DNA of 62,439 nucleotides, filler included, from Globobulimina sp. (Eukaryota): NCBI GenBank assembly GCA_003354225.1. It is 18 parts of 18 records of this genome, joined end to end, with 100 filler letters (N's around TTAATTAATTAA, not from the genome) between each part and the next. Parts side by side here need not be neighbours in the genome. Positions count along the whole stretch, not along the records: positions 20,865 to 24,241 come from PIVH01002952.1; positions 24,342 to 27,718 come from PIVH01002953.1; positions 27,819 to 31,194 come from PIVH01002954.1; positions 31,295 to 34,668 come from PIVH01002955.1; 14 more parts are not named here. One strand, 5' to 3'. Shown piece by piece: positions 21,388 to 32,084 of this stretch (position 1 is its first letter; each line of letters starts with the position of its first letter). The notes under the pieces were generated by a model. It saw only the letters and a program-made list of their open reading frames with translations, ran no database searches and was not told where the DNA came from. The position numbers and the translations under genes were made by a program.

Positions 21388-23804
21388 TTACAGATTATTA
21401 CAACACATCACAACAGCAACAGATCGTATTGGCTGCATAGGACAGTCTGCGATAGACCCCAGTCCATACAAATCGTCATCAACATCCATTGCAATGTTCC
21501 AATTCTTTTTTGTAAAGTTATTTGTATATAAATCTACTTGTCGTGAAATTCTATTCTCCCCCATTTTATCTATATTTTCCAAATCAAACCGAATCATTCG
21601 CAATGGCGTTGTTTGATTATTGATGAATTTCAAAACAGAATCATAAATCACTACTTGTTCCATGATTGTTTTGTCGGCCGGACGGAAGTCAATACGTGTC
21701 ACATTCGGAAACAATGCCATCAATACATGCAATTTTATCCACCCATTCTCATACTTGAAAAGTGAATCATGTACTTTGCTTTGCTGACGTTTTTGCAATG
21801 AGTCACCAGAGGAACCAGTAAAATGTAAAACTCTGATGCTGAGGCAATGCAAATGTAACAACGTTTTAATATATTCCGGACAACCATCAAATTCTTGTGC
21901 GTATGGATGATTTGGATAAGTTCTATGCAACTCATGTGCTAATAATCTGAATGCCATTTTTATTTCGTCCTTCGTTGTTGGTGGTTCTTCCTGGAAAAGT
22001 ATTTTAAAAATATATGTTATTTGTTTTATTCCTTTAATGTAAAAATGATAGTTGGTATTTGGTGCTTTAATGATTGTGTTGAATGTCAGCTCATTTAATC
22101 CACCAATAAAAAATATCTCTGCTTCATTGCTGTAATTACTGATCCAACTCATATCCATACAGCACATTTTGTGAGCTGTGCCTGCTTCATATTCATCAAC
22201 TGTCTGAAGCATCAATCCGCAACAAAGTACATTCATACTGACAATCATTCCATTTTCGCAGAAATTTAAAGCCACCGCAAAATCTGTTGTAGTGCTTAAT
22301 GGGCCTTTGATGTACGCCCACATTGACGAGTATGTAAAATTACCTCTAATCCCTTGATATACTGTAAAATGATGCAAATATCTCTTCTGATCACCTTTTA
22401 TCGGTGTATTTGTTCCAAAGCATTCAACACATTCTCTCAATAATCTGCCAAAATGATAATAATTTCTGTGCCTTTGCTTCAACATTTCATCCGTTTCTGA
22501 AACATCAATCTTTCGAAATGTTTCTGTAAATTTACATTGCAATACCTATAAATATATAATATTAATTCAAAGAAACGAAATATAAAAACTATTAAAACAT
22601 ACATCATAGCCACAATAAACCATCATAGCAATTAAATGATTTTCTGTCATCCCCTGATTTATATCTGTAGTCATTTCATAGTATGCCGCAGATGCTATTC
22701 GTGGACATTTCATCCCGCGAACTTTATTTGTCTTAATATGTACTGCAGCTTTTTTAATTAGGTTTTGCCATTGTTGTTGTCCGATGCATTGTATTTTGTT
22801 TGTCAATAATTCCTTCTTAAAGTTATCATATTTTTTGGATATATACCAATCAGCCAATGTCGCATTAGCATTAGAAATCGGTGGGTTTTCCGTCCATTTG
22901 TATTTGTCAGATGCTGAGCCGTGTGCATTATCATAAATATTTTGGTTATTTTTGTAGTGTTCCCAATAAAGAATCTATATCCAAAGCTAAATGTACTTAA
23001 TTCACATTCTTGACTGCTTTGTTGCATCATAAATTTATTTGTATTCGAGGTCAGCCGTTCAAACCCTTTGATATTGAGATAAGATTTACGTTTAGTATTT
23101 ATTATATGAGTAATGTTTGCTACGTTGATATCATACGCACTGTTAACAGTGTCATTAGTTTTAATGTCGTCATTGTCGTGGTCAATAATGAATTGTTTCT
23201 CCGAGCACATTAATTTAAAGCCAATATCAAAAGAATGCAAATAATTACAGTGGATTGTATCTAACAATTGCAACATAACAATGTTATCACAATCATAATA
23301 AATTCCTTTCAATAAACTCTCATTGTTTGTAATATTTGACCGATTTCTTTGGTTTCGTTGCATCATTTTACATCCTTTCAATTGACATGTTTTGTTACCA
23401 TTGCATTGTGCTGTTAGTACATTATATATATTTTCAAATTCATTCGGATGTTCAAATAATAAATGATTGTAATCGTTTAGCAAACAAACATTATCATAAT
23501 CTGCATTGTATATTGTCTCGATATGATTGCTTAGTTTGCTATCGTTACTATCAATATTCAGCATGTATAAGCTATACCGCTTTAATAGGCTACGTATCAC
23601 TTTCAAAGATTCACATTGTAATACATCACAACCTGTTGTTTCTTTGCATTTATAGATGTTTGTCTGATGCAATAAATACTGTTTTTCATATTTATTTTGG
23701 TTATTTGAAAATACATCCAATTTCATATTTATGTCATTGTTTTGTTCATTCATGTTATGGGAAAAAGTAAATATTAATTCGTCGAGTAACAATAAACTTG
23801 ACAT
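21388..23804 (-). CDS. ART-like family member 2; intron 22546-22602; one missing T near 22967-22970
   Basis: Motifs LLNDYNHLL, RNQRNRS, LLDTIHCNYLHSFDIG, FGYRFF(YW), WYISKKY, HLIAMMVYCGYD|VLQCKFTETFR, GRLLRECVECFG, VYQG, GPLSTT and SNYSNEAEIFF. Confidence 0.75.
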
Positions 23805-24341
23805 TATTTAAATTCTGATTTAAGTGAAGTTTTCTAGAGAAAAAAACCTGTTTAGTTTTCATCAAAATGATAGTGATGGTGATACTAACACAGAAATTAG
23901 TATTCAAGTGATTCTTACCACAAAGAAACAAATGATAACAGTATGAAGAAAGCTTAAAATTAGTAAAAGCTTTGATGATGATGTATTTCAGTATTTGACT
24001 CACATGAATGCTTTCAGTATAACCCAAGCGATGCATCATTGTCGAAAGCTTCAATAAGGTGGTTGATTGTGACAATACTCTTATTGTTAAGTGGCATACC
24101 ATTATCAATGCAATTGATTGGCGCTTATTTTATATACATTCTATCGATGACAACATTGCCTTTTTTATATACACTCACTGAATCACATTCATATTTATTG
24201 TGGTTTTAATTTTGGGAAATTGCTTGGTTGCACCGGGCTGTNNNNNNNNNNNNNNNNNNNNNNNNNNNNNNNNNNNNNNNNNNNNTTAATTAATTAANNN
24301 NNNNNNNNNNNNNNNNNNNNNNNNNNNNNNNNNNNNNNNNN

Positions 24342-24478
24342 TTTAAATAAAAAGGAACTTTACCAAAGAGGGCAGATAATCTAGCAGTTAAAAAAGCAAA
24401 ATTTGGTACAGCAATAACAACCTGTTTAGCGATTCTTGCCGCTTCCAATAAAATCGGTTCAGGTTCTAAAAAATGATT
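24342..24478 (-). other. Prokaryote-like MetW/class I SAM methyltransferase fragment abutting eukaryotic DNA
   Basis: HFLEPEPILLEAARIAKQVVIAVPNFAFLTARLSALFGKVPFY resembles the MetW-type pattern P-x-x-x-L-x-E-x-x-R...PNF-x(5)-R-x-x-x-L-x-G-x-x-P. Similarity stops abruptly upstream. Confidence 0.5.
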
Positions 24479-24540
24479 TGTACCTTTTAAATAAATGAGG
24501 GCTCTTTCAAACAAAACAAAAAACACTTGGCAGCTTAACA

Positions 24541-27500
24541 ATGGGTAACGACGTATGTGTATATTTATACTGTTCAATATTGTGAATGAGACAATTGCAA
24601 AACAATAATACAGCACCAAAGTGAAACAAAGCAAGACAAACAGTATGAATGTATTTGTGGCAAAAAGTTGACGAAGTTTACAAGTGTTTCAAAGCTGTAC
24701 AATAATAACGGTGTTTATTGTGACAAATGCAGAGAAAAAGGGCAGCCAAACCAAATTTTCTGGCATTGCGATAAAAATAATATACACAAAAATGGGTTTG
24801 ATATTTGCGACAAATGTATTGCCACTTATGATGTTTTGCAGTTTCAAAAAGAAGCAAAATCAACATCATCGCAACCAATTATTACAAAATCAACATCATC
24901 ACAACCAATTATTACCTCAAACAAACAAAATCAGCAACAATTTGATGATATGAAAGATGAATATTTAAAATGTGATCCACAGTCATTCCAAAGCAATTCA
25001 TTACATTTGCTTCAATCGCATGATTATAATATGCAATCTACAAAGTGTAATCTTTCAGAATGTAAGCATTTAAGGCGGACAATTCGTATTTTAAAACGAT
25101 ACACCACATCGATAAAAAAAAAAGAACCAAAGAATAATGATGAAAAGGTTTATTACCCAAATCTTGACGAAACCAAATCAAGTATGTAATACTATGTATA
25201 CAGTACATATTTGAATTTTAAAATAACATCAAATATGTTAAACACATAACATTCATATACACAAAGATGTGCCTGTGGCTACAAAAAGAAAATCCAAACA
25301 AAAATCCAAAACCCGGATGTCGAGAGAAGACGCAATGAAGAGAGCACGAGAAGAAGCAATGAAAATGTCCAAAGATGTGGCAAACACAGTGCTTCCAAAT
25401 TTGGAAGAAGAATCAAAAAAAAATGCCCAAGAGAAAATGAGACAAAAGGTAGGATAATTTTATTTATTGTACACAAAATTAATTCAGTTTTTTTATTTCT
25501 CACATAACTGTTATTTATTTGGTATTTACAGGTTCAGATTTATGCATTGAGTACGCAGCTGACTTCTACTCCAAATGCTGTGATGACACAGTTTGTGGCC
25601 AACCGCTCCAAAAAAGTACAACAGCTTAAATTGATGGCAAAAAACAGAAATAAAAAACTCAAACACTTGAATTCGATGCAAGTTCAAATTACGAACACAG
25701 ATTATTCCTCTGTCGAATCACAGGTTATTACAAATTTACATGGTGATGGATATACACATACTGATTTATTGAATGATTATCATCATTTATTAGAATTTCA
25801 TCCTGCAGAATTTGAGCAAATATATAATATAATATCGCATGATAAAAACTGTGGTGATTGTCAGCTTTTCGATTGTTTATTGTTTAGAAGAAATAATCGA
25901 AATCGATCTAAATTGCAAATTAATGATAAAAAATTAAGAGAAATGTATGCTGATATGAATGATGAATATGGCATAGTTGATCAACAATTATTGGATAGAA
26001 TACATTGTTATTACCATCATACATTTGATACTGGATATAAATTTACGCAAAAAGAAATCCAAAATATAATGAATGAGTGTGATGAAAAAAAGCAAGGGGT
26101 GGCATATATTGATGAATTGAATAAATCAAAACGTAAAAAATATCAACGGATGGCCATGACAGATATTTCAAAATTTACAACTCATTGTGATGAGAAGGAG
26201 GTAATGTATGATGTAGGCGTTAGATATTTTTATTGGGCTTATTACAAATCGCAAAAATTAGCAACAAGTTTTATTGATAGTGCAGCTCATATGTATGTAT
26301 CTAATGAGATGGCTGCAAATCATGGATACAGATTGGAAGACTGGTATATTGCGCCGTTGGTTCCGAATATAAAATTTGAGAGTTTGAACAATGCCATATA
26401 TGCAATTAGTAAATTCCAATGGGACGAAGTGGTAGAAAACGCCAAGGAACATCTTAAGAGCGATCATTTTAAGCAAACCATTTGTAGGCATCCACACTCT
26501 GAATGTTTTTATGGAATTAAATCTGAGACACCCATCGAGATGGACCATTTAGTGGCAATGACGATTTATTGTAATTATGATGTATGTGCGCTATCCGTGT
26601 CTACATAATTTTGTTTTCAATATAAAATACCGTGTATGTGTATGTGCGCTATCCGTGTATGTGCGCTATCCGTGTCTACTCATACTCATATAAAATATTT
26701 AGTTTTTTCAAAGAAAATTTAGTGAAACTTATCGCAAGATACCAATGGATGAAACTGATGATTCATTAAGAAGAAGGCATGCACATTATGCCCATTTGGG
26801 GAGATTATTACGAGAATGTGTGGAATGCTTTGGCAATGATATAGGATACCTCGACTTTATAGATTTGAAATTATATCATGGAATTAACCAAAAGGTTCAT
26901 TTTGCATCATCTGTTATATGCTTTAAAGGGCCAGTAAGTACAACTACTGATTATAGTGTTGCTGTCAATTTTGCTACCACCCATGGAATGATTTTGGAGT
27001 TAAATTTGGGGATAGATTGCGCTTATTTGCCTGATTTGGATCATCGTGGCATGGCAATGGTAGAAATGTTTTATATCAGCACTTATCCACATGAACAAGA
27101 ACGATTCTTTATTGGGGGATTCTGTATTTTTGGAATTACGAACATAATTTCAGTACCGGATAGAAGCGATTACTCTCTGTATACATATGCTTTATGTAAG
27201 TTATTCCATTGTATTGGGAATTATGGTCTATCCTATTCTGAACAGAATATGTTGCGGGAATATAAGGAAAAAATAATTAATCAGTTATGTTTTAGAATGT
27301 TATCACACGAAATGCATTCGCTTTATCCAAATCAACAAAACTATGTTAAGTTTGAATCATTCCCGCAATATGCCAAAGAATTGATGCATAGACATTGTGC
27401 TGGAATGACGCAATTACGATTTTTTAATATTGATGATAATGCTATTCAACGAATGGTACGAAATTTATTTTTTTATGACTATGGATGGATAAATTTGGAT

Positions 27501-27718
27501 AAATTAATGACCATATTTCCTTCGGTAATGCATATTGAGTTTAAATGTCAAGTAAATGATCAATTTATGGAGATAGAATCAATGTATTTGTCAATTGTAT
27601 CATATTTACAAAATAATCCAGACAGTCCATTGGAAAAAAGTACCATTCAAATACCACGTACAAGCGAATCAATCGAAAAAGCAACCAAGATTTGTAAAAA
27701 ATTTGAATTAAAATTCAA
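24541..27718 (+). CDS. ART-like family member 3 with an N-terminal ZZ-like zinc finger; 5 exons (introns 24553-24613, 25182-25266, 25449-25531, 26582-26702); 3' truncated
   Basis: All four introns are GT-AG and join in frame: MGND|HQSETK...CICG...CDKC...WHC...H...FDICDKC...LLNDYHHLL...LLDRIHCYYHHTFDTG...YCNYD|FFQRKFSETYR...GRLLRECVECFG...LYHG...GPVSTT...STYPHEQERFF. Confidence 0.8.
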
Positions 27719-28003
27719 NNNNNNNNNNNNNNNNNNNNNNNNNNNNNNNNNNNNNNNNNNNNTTAATTAATTAANNNNNNNNNNNNNNNNNNNNNNNNNN
27801 NNNNNNNNNNNNNNNNNNAAAATACATTAATTTGTAACTATTATAGTTAAATATAATTTATAAATAAAATACAATCCCTTGCTAATGGTTACATAGTGGT
27901 GGCTTATCCATGTGTAGTAAATTATAATTAACTAAAAAACTCTACAACTAAATGCTTGCTTGACACGAGGTCAATACAATAAACAAAAACAAAGAAATAC
28001 ATA

Positions 28004-30238
28004 ATGAACGTCTCAGAGATATATATTATATGTTTAATATTCGCCGCAATAATTGGAGGCCTAATAAATCTTTATCAATTAATTAATTTTATTAAACAAT
28101 CAAAATTACGCTTTTTAACATCACGCAATCCGCCATTGATTATCATGTATTGCGTAATATCACTGACCACGGCATTCACCACAACCCCATTAAACCTCTA
28201 TTATCATGGCTTACAAGCAGATGCTCCATTTTTTGCTCGATTTGCAACCGAATTATTTCATGAATTCTGCACTGTCATGTTATTATTGATCAGTTTATGT
28301 CTGTCCTGGTTGCTATATTTCGATTATAGTTTTTCAGAATCATCGTCAGATGAGATCTGGCGAAACATCGTAGACTCCAATGATGATAATTTCTGGACAC
28401 GTAATCGTAAAACGTTTGGCAATCTGCATTTTATAATATGTCTAGCTTTGATAATTGACAGTGTAGCCTTATTATGCTTATCCTGTGTTGGCTGTCTTGT
28501 GTTACGCGACCAAAATCCATCGCTATTCCATCACTTTAGTTTGTATGTCTGCGGCATACCATTTTATTTAGTCATAATCTATCTAATTATGTACAAAATA
28601 CAATCCATAAATGACATCTATTTGATTCAAAAAGAAATAAAATATTTATCCATCTGCATACTTGTGCGCATTTTAGCGTTTTCCATCGATTTGTTTTTAT
28701 TAAAGGAGCACGACAATTATTTATTTTTCAACACAATCGAAGTAATCAGCACTTTCTTATCAGTCTGGATCCAATGTTGGTGGGTATTAAATAACTTAAA
28801 AAGAACCGAAAACGAGAAATATAACGCTCTATTTTTTGATTCCCCCAAATCCGAAAAATACGATATTAAAAAACAAAAACGTTCGTTTTTGAAAATGGTG
28901 GATCTGTTTGAAGAGAAAATGTCATTTAAAATTTTTATCCGACATTGTACGCACGAATTATCCGTGGAATCCATTTTGTTTTTGATTGAAATCGCACAGT
29001 TTAAAGCCACATTAAATAAGGTATTGCCAAACTAAAATAACGCATTTTATATAAATAATAATTGCCTATAAAATGCGTTAATTGTTTTAGTTCCGGTACT
29101 GCTTAAAAATAAGTTCAACGCCTTTGGTCTCAATGAATTAAGTTTTCGATTTATCGATGTAAACAACATCAAAATCGTGAAATATATTAAGCAGCAAAGA
29201 CGGGCACGAATTGATAAGCAATTAATCATTCATCCGGCACCCAGCAATACTTTAATACCGCCTTTATCTGACGACATATCCCACACTTCCAATTCTGACG
29301 AAATATCGGATCACCAGACACCACCAATGATATCACCGTCTACGTCGCCCAGAATCCACTCCAATTTAATACCGATGGCCTCCAACACAGATTCGATGCA
29401 TTCCATACTTTCCCGTACCACAACAGTGACAACACTGAAAAACACCGAAATGGTAGCTTCCATCCGCCAGGAATCTGAATACAAACAATTTCAACAAACT
29501 GTATTGCAGAAGAAATGGCTCCCCATCGCTCAGCCTCTGTCTCCAGCTGTAAACGGCAGAGATATTCGTAAGAGAACACATACAAAAAGTACTGAAAAAT
29601 CAAAGACAAGAACACGTACAAAAAGCGGTACTGGCACTGGTACAGCGACCGCCGACAAAACGCAATCAAAAACACCGCATTCGATCCATGCAAAAGCTAA
29701 ATTGCGCGAGAATGACTTCATTGCGCCGATCACGTTGGCGGTGATTGAGGACAGTACGTATCAAACAGTCGTCGATGAGAAGAACAAAGAGAATGAGAAT
29801 GAGAACCTGACTGTGGATGTAAATTGGATGTATGAGTATGGCCGCCATTTGTATTTGAAGTATGTGGATAACTCTGCGGATTTGGCAATCAATGTGGAAC
29901 ATGTGATTCGGAAGAATCTGTGGAATGTATATAGTAAGGAACTCAACGAAGAGGCTTTCCAAACCATACAATTGATACATCATCGCGATTTGTCTACGAT
30001 TTCGCGTCTCAACACAAAGGAGCAACAACTGTTTATTCAGACTTATTTGTACCATTCCTTCGATTTGGCGTTTCACGCAGTTTGGGGGTTGTTGAAATCC
30101 GATACGTTTTATAGATTTCAAAAAACAAAGCAGTACAAAATGCTTTGCAAACAGTTGGATATCGAGAAATTGCAAAGTGAGCGGAATCTGAGAGATCGAG
30201 AATATTCGCAGAGTTATCAGGATACAAATATTGAATAA
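28004..30238 (+). CDS. 7TM-RGS protein (seven TM helices plus an RGS domain split by a long insert); intron ~29021-29113
   Basis: Seven hydrophobic segments are followed by FKIFIRHCTHELSVESILFLIEIAQFK (RGS N-half), then LYLKYVDNSADLAINV and LLKSDTFYRFQKTKQY (RGS C-half). Confidence 0.85.
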
Positions 30239-30369
30239 TAATTAGATTATTTAGTTGTTTTGTTTTGTTGTTTGTTTTTTCTTGTTGTTGGCTTTGATAT
30301 TGCTTTGTGTTTGTTTGTCATCGTATTATTTTTTTTTGTGTGTTTTTATTCGAACAAAATAGAAAAAGC

Positions 30370-31194
30370 ATGTCCTCCGGAAGCAAACTTTATTTTTCCC
30401 CCAGAATGCCAATTGCAAATCAGTCAGAAGAACAGAAATTATATTTTGAACTTATCCAATCCATATACCGTGGAGACGAAGTTGCGTTCGATGCCATTGT
30501 GGACCAAATACCAGACATTAACAAAAACGAATTGACACAAACTGGATGGCCGCCAGTAATGCACGCAGTACATAAAGATCGTATGAATTTTGTCAAAAAA
30601 TTGATCCAACGTGGCGTAGATTTAAATGTGATGGATTTTAAAAATGGTCGATCATTATTACACAATGCCGCGCAACATGGATATACAGAAATGGTTCAAC
30701 TATTATTGGCCCACAATTTAAACATAAACACAACTGACAACGAAGGAGAGTCGCCATTGTGGACTTGCTGCAAAAAAGGTTATGACGATATTGTTGAGTT
30801 GTTATTAAATGACAAGTTGACGCATCAGATTTGTAATATAAATTTATGCAAGAAAACCAATGGGCAAAGTGCTTTATTTATTGCTTCAGATCGCGGACAT
30901 GCTAAAATTGTAAAGTTATTGTTGGATTATGGTGGGATGCCATGCAATATGGACGACTCTGATAACGGTTCAAGGACTCCGTTAATAATCGCCTGCACAA
31001 AATCGCATATTGAAGTGGTGAAATTATTATTGCGCTGCGGCGCAAATGTAAATGCAGTGAATAGTTGGAAGCAAAACTGTTTATTGGTTGCTTTCCGCGT
31101 TAATAAAGCAAAGATATGCAAGCTATTATTGAATAATGAGTACGCAGATAGTGTTGAGTTATGGAGAGCAGACAAGGGAGGTTATTACATTTTG
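30370..31194 (+). CDS. Ankyrin-repeat protein (3' truncated)
   Basis: Repeated G-x-[ST]-[PL]-L-H/x-x-A...G-H-x-x-I-V-K-L-L-L units (GRSLLHNAAQHGYTEMVQLLL, SRTPLIIACTKSHIEVVKLLL). Confidence 0.92.
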
Positions 31195-31294
31195 NNNNNN
31201 NNNNNNNNNNNNNNNNNNNNNNNNNNNNNNNNNNNNNNTTAATTAATTAANNNNNNNNNNNNNNNNNNNNNNNNNNNNNNNNNNNNNNNNNNNN

Positions 31295-31648
31295 AAATAT
31301 ATTGCAAAACAATGAATTCATTCAGAATGTGTTGAATATAGGCATATCACGAAGATTTTTAAGTTCATCATCTATATGTACTGGCACATAAATATATTGC
31401 AAAACAACGTATTTATTCAGAATGTGTTGAATAGAGGCATGTCATGAAGATTTTTAAGTTCATCATCTGTATGTACTGGCACAGAGAAATATATTGCAAA
31501 ACAACGAATTCATCCAGAATGTGTTGAATAGAGGCATATCACGAAGATTTTTGAGTGATTCATCTGTATGTACTGGCACAGAGAAATATATTGCAAAACA
31601 ACGAATTCATTCAGAATGTCTTGAATAGAGGCATTCACGAAGATTTTT
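31295..31648. repeat. Tandem repeat, ~96-bp unit, ~3.7 copies
   Basis: AAATATATTGCAAAACAA...CAGAATGTGTTGAATA...GAAGATTTTT...TGTACTGGCAC units start at 31295, 31390, 31487 and 31584. Confidence 0.9.
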
Positions 31649-31858
31649 CTATCGGACGGAGGTCACCGTATCTTTTCAGAATCTGCCTAGTTTTCAAAAA
31701 TTTTGTCATCATCGTCTGCATCGTCACGCACATTTTTTTCAAATGATGTTTTCTCAAAAGGTTTTTTAAGTATTACAACATCACTTAGTAACTGTTACAC
31801 ATCACTCTGAAAATATTTGTATACCATCACTCTGAAATTATTCAAAAGTCCTAAAATA

Positions 31859-31965
31859 GTTTCTGAAAAATATAAAAGTCCGAAAATAGTCAAAGTCCGA
31901 AAATCGTTTCTGAAAAATATAAAAGTCCGAAAATAGTCAAAGTCCGAAAATCGTTTCTGAAAATA
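31859..31965. repeat. 47-bp tandem repeat built from AAAGTCCGAAAAT subunits, upstream of the retroelement gag
   Basis: GTTTCTGAAAA recurs at 31859, 31906 and 31953; the first two units are identical. Confidence 0.85.
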
Positions 31966-32084
31966 GTATGTAAAAATACGAAAATAGTAATAATGAAGCC
32001 ATTGTGAAGTAAGCGAACGCCCAAAAAGCACGACGGATCGTCGAGAATTGGGAGGCAAATAAAAAGAAAAGTGTCTGTGAGAGT

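Noticed and set aside
21388-27718. Tandem or divergent cluster of ART-like genes
   Set aside because: Members 2 and 3 are on different contigs separated by the linker at 24242-24341, so their proximity comes from size sorting.
31295-31648. CRISPR-like array
   Set aside because: Whole units repeat with no unique spacers, there are no cas genes, and the context is eukaryotic. The same applies to 34281-34668.
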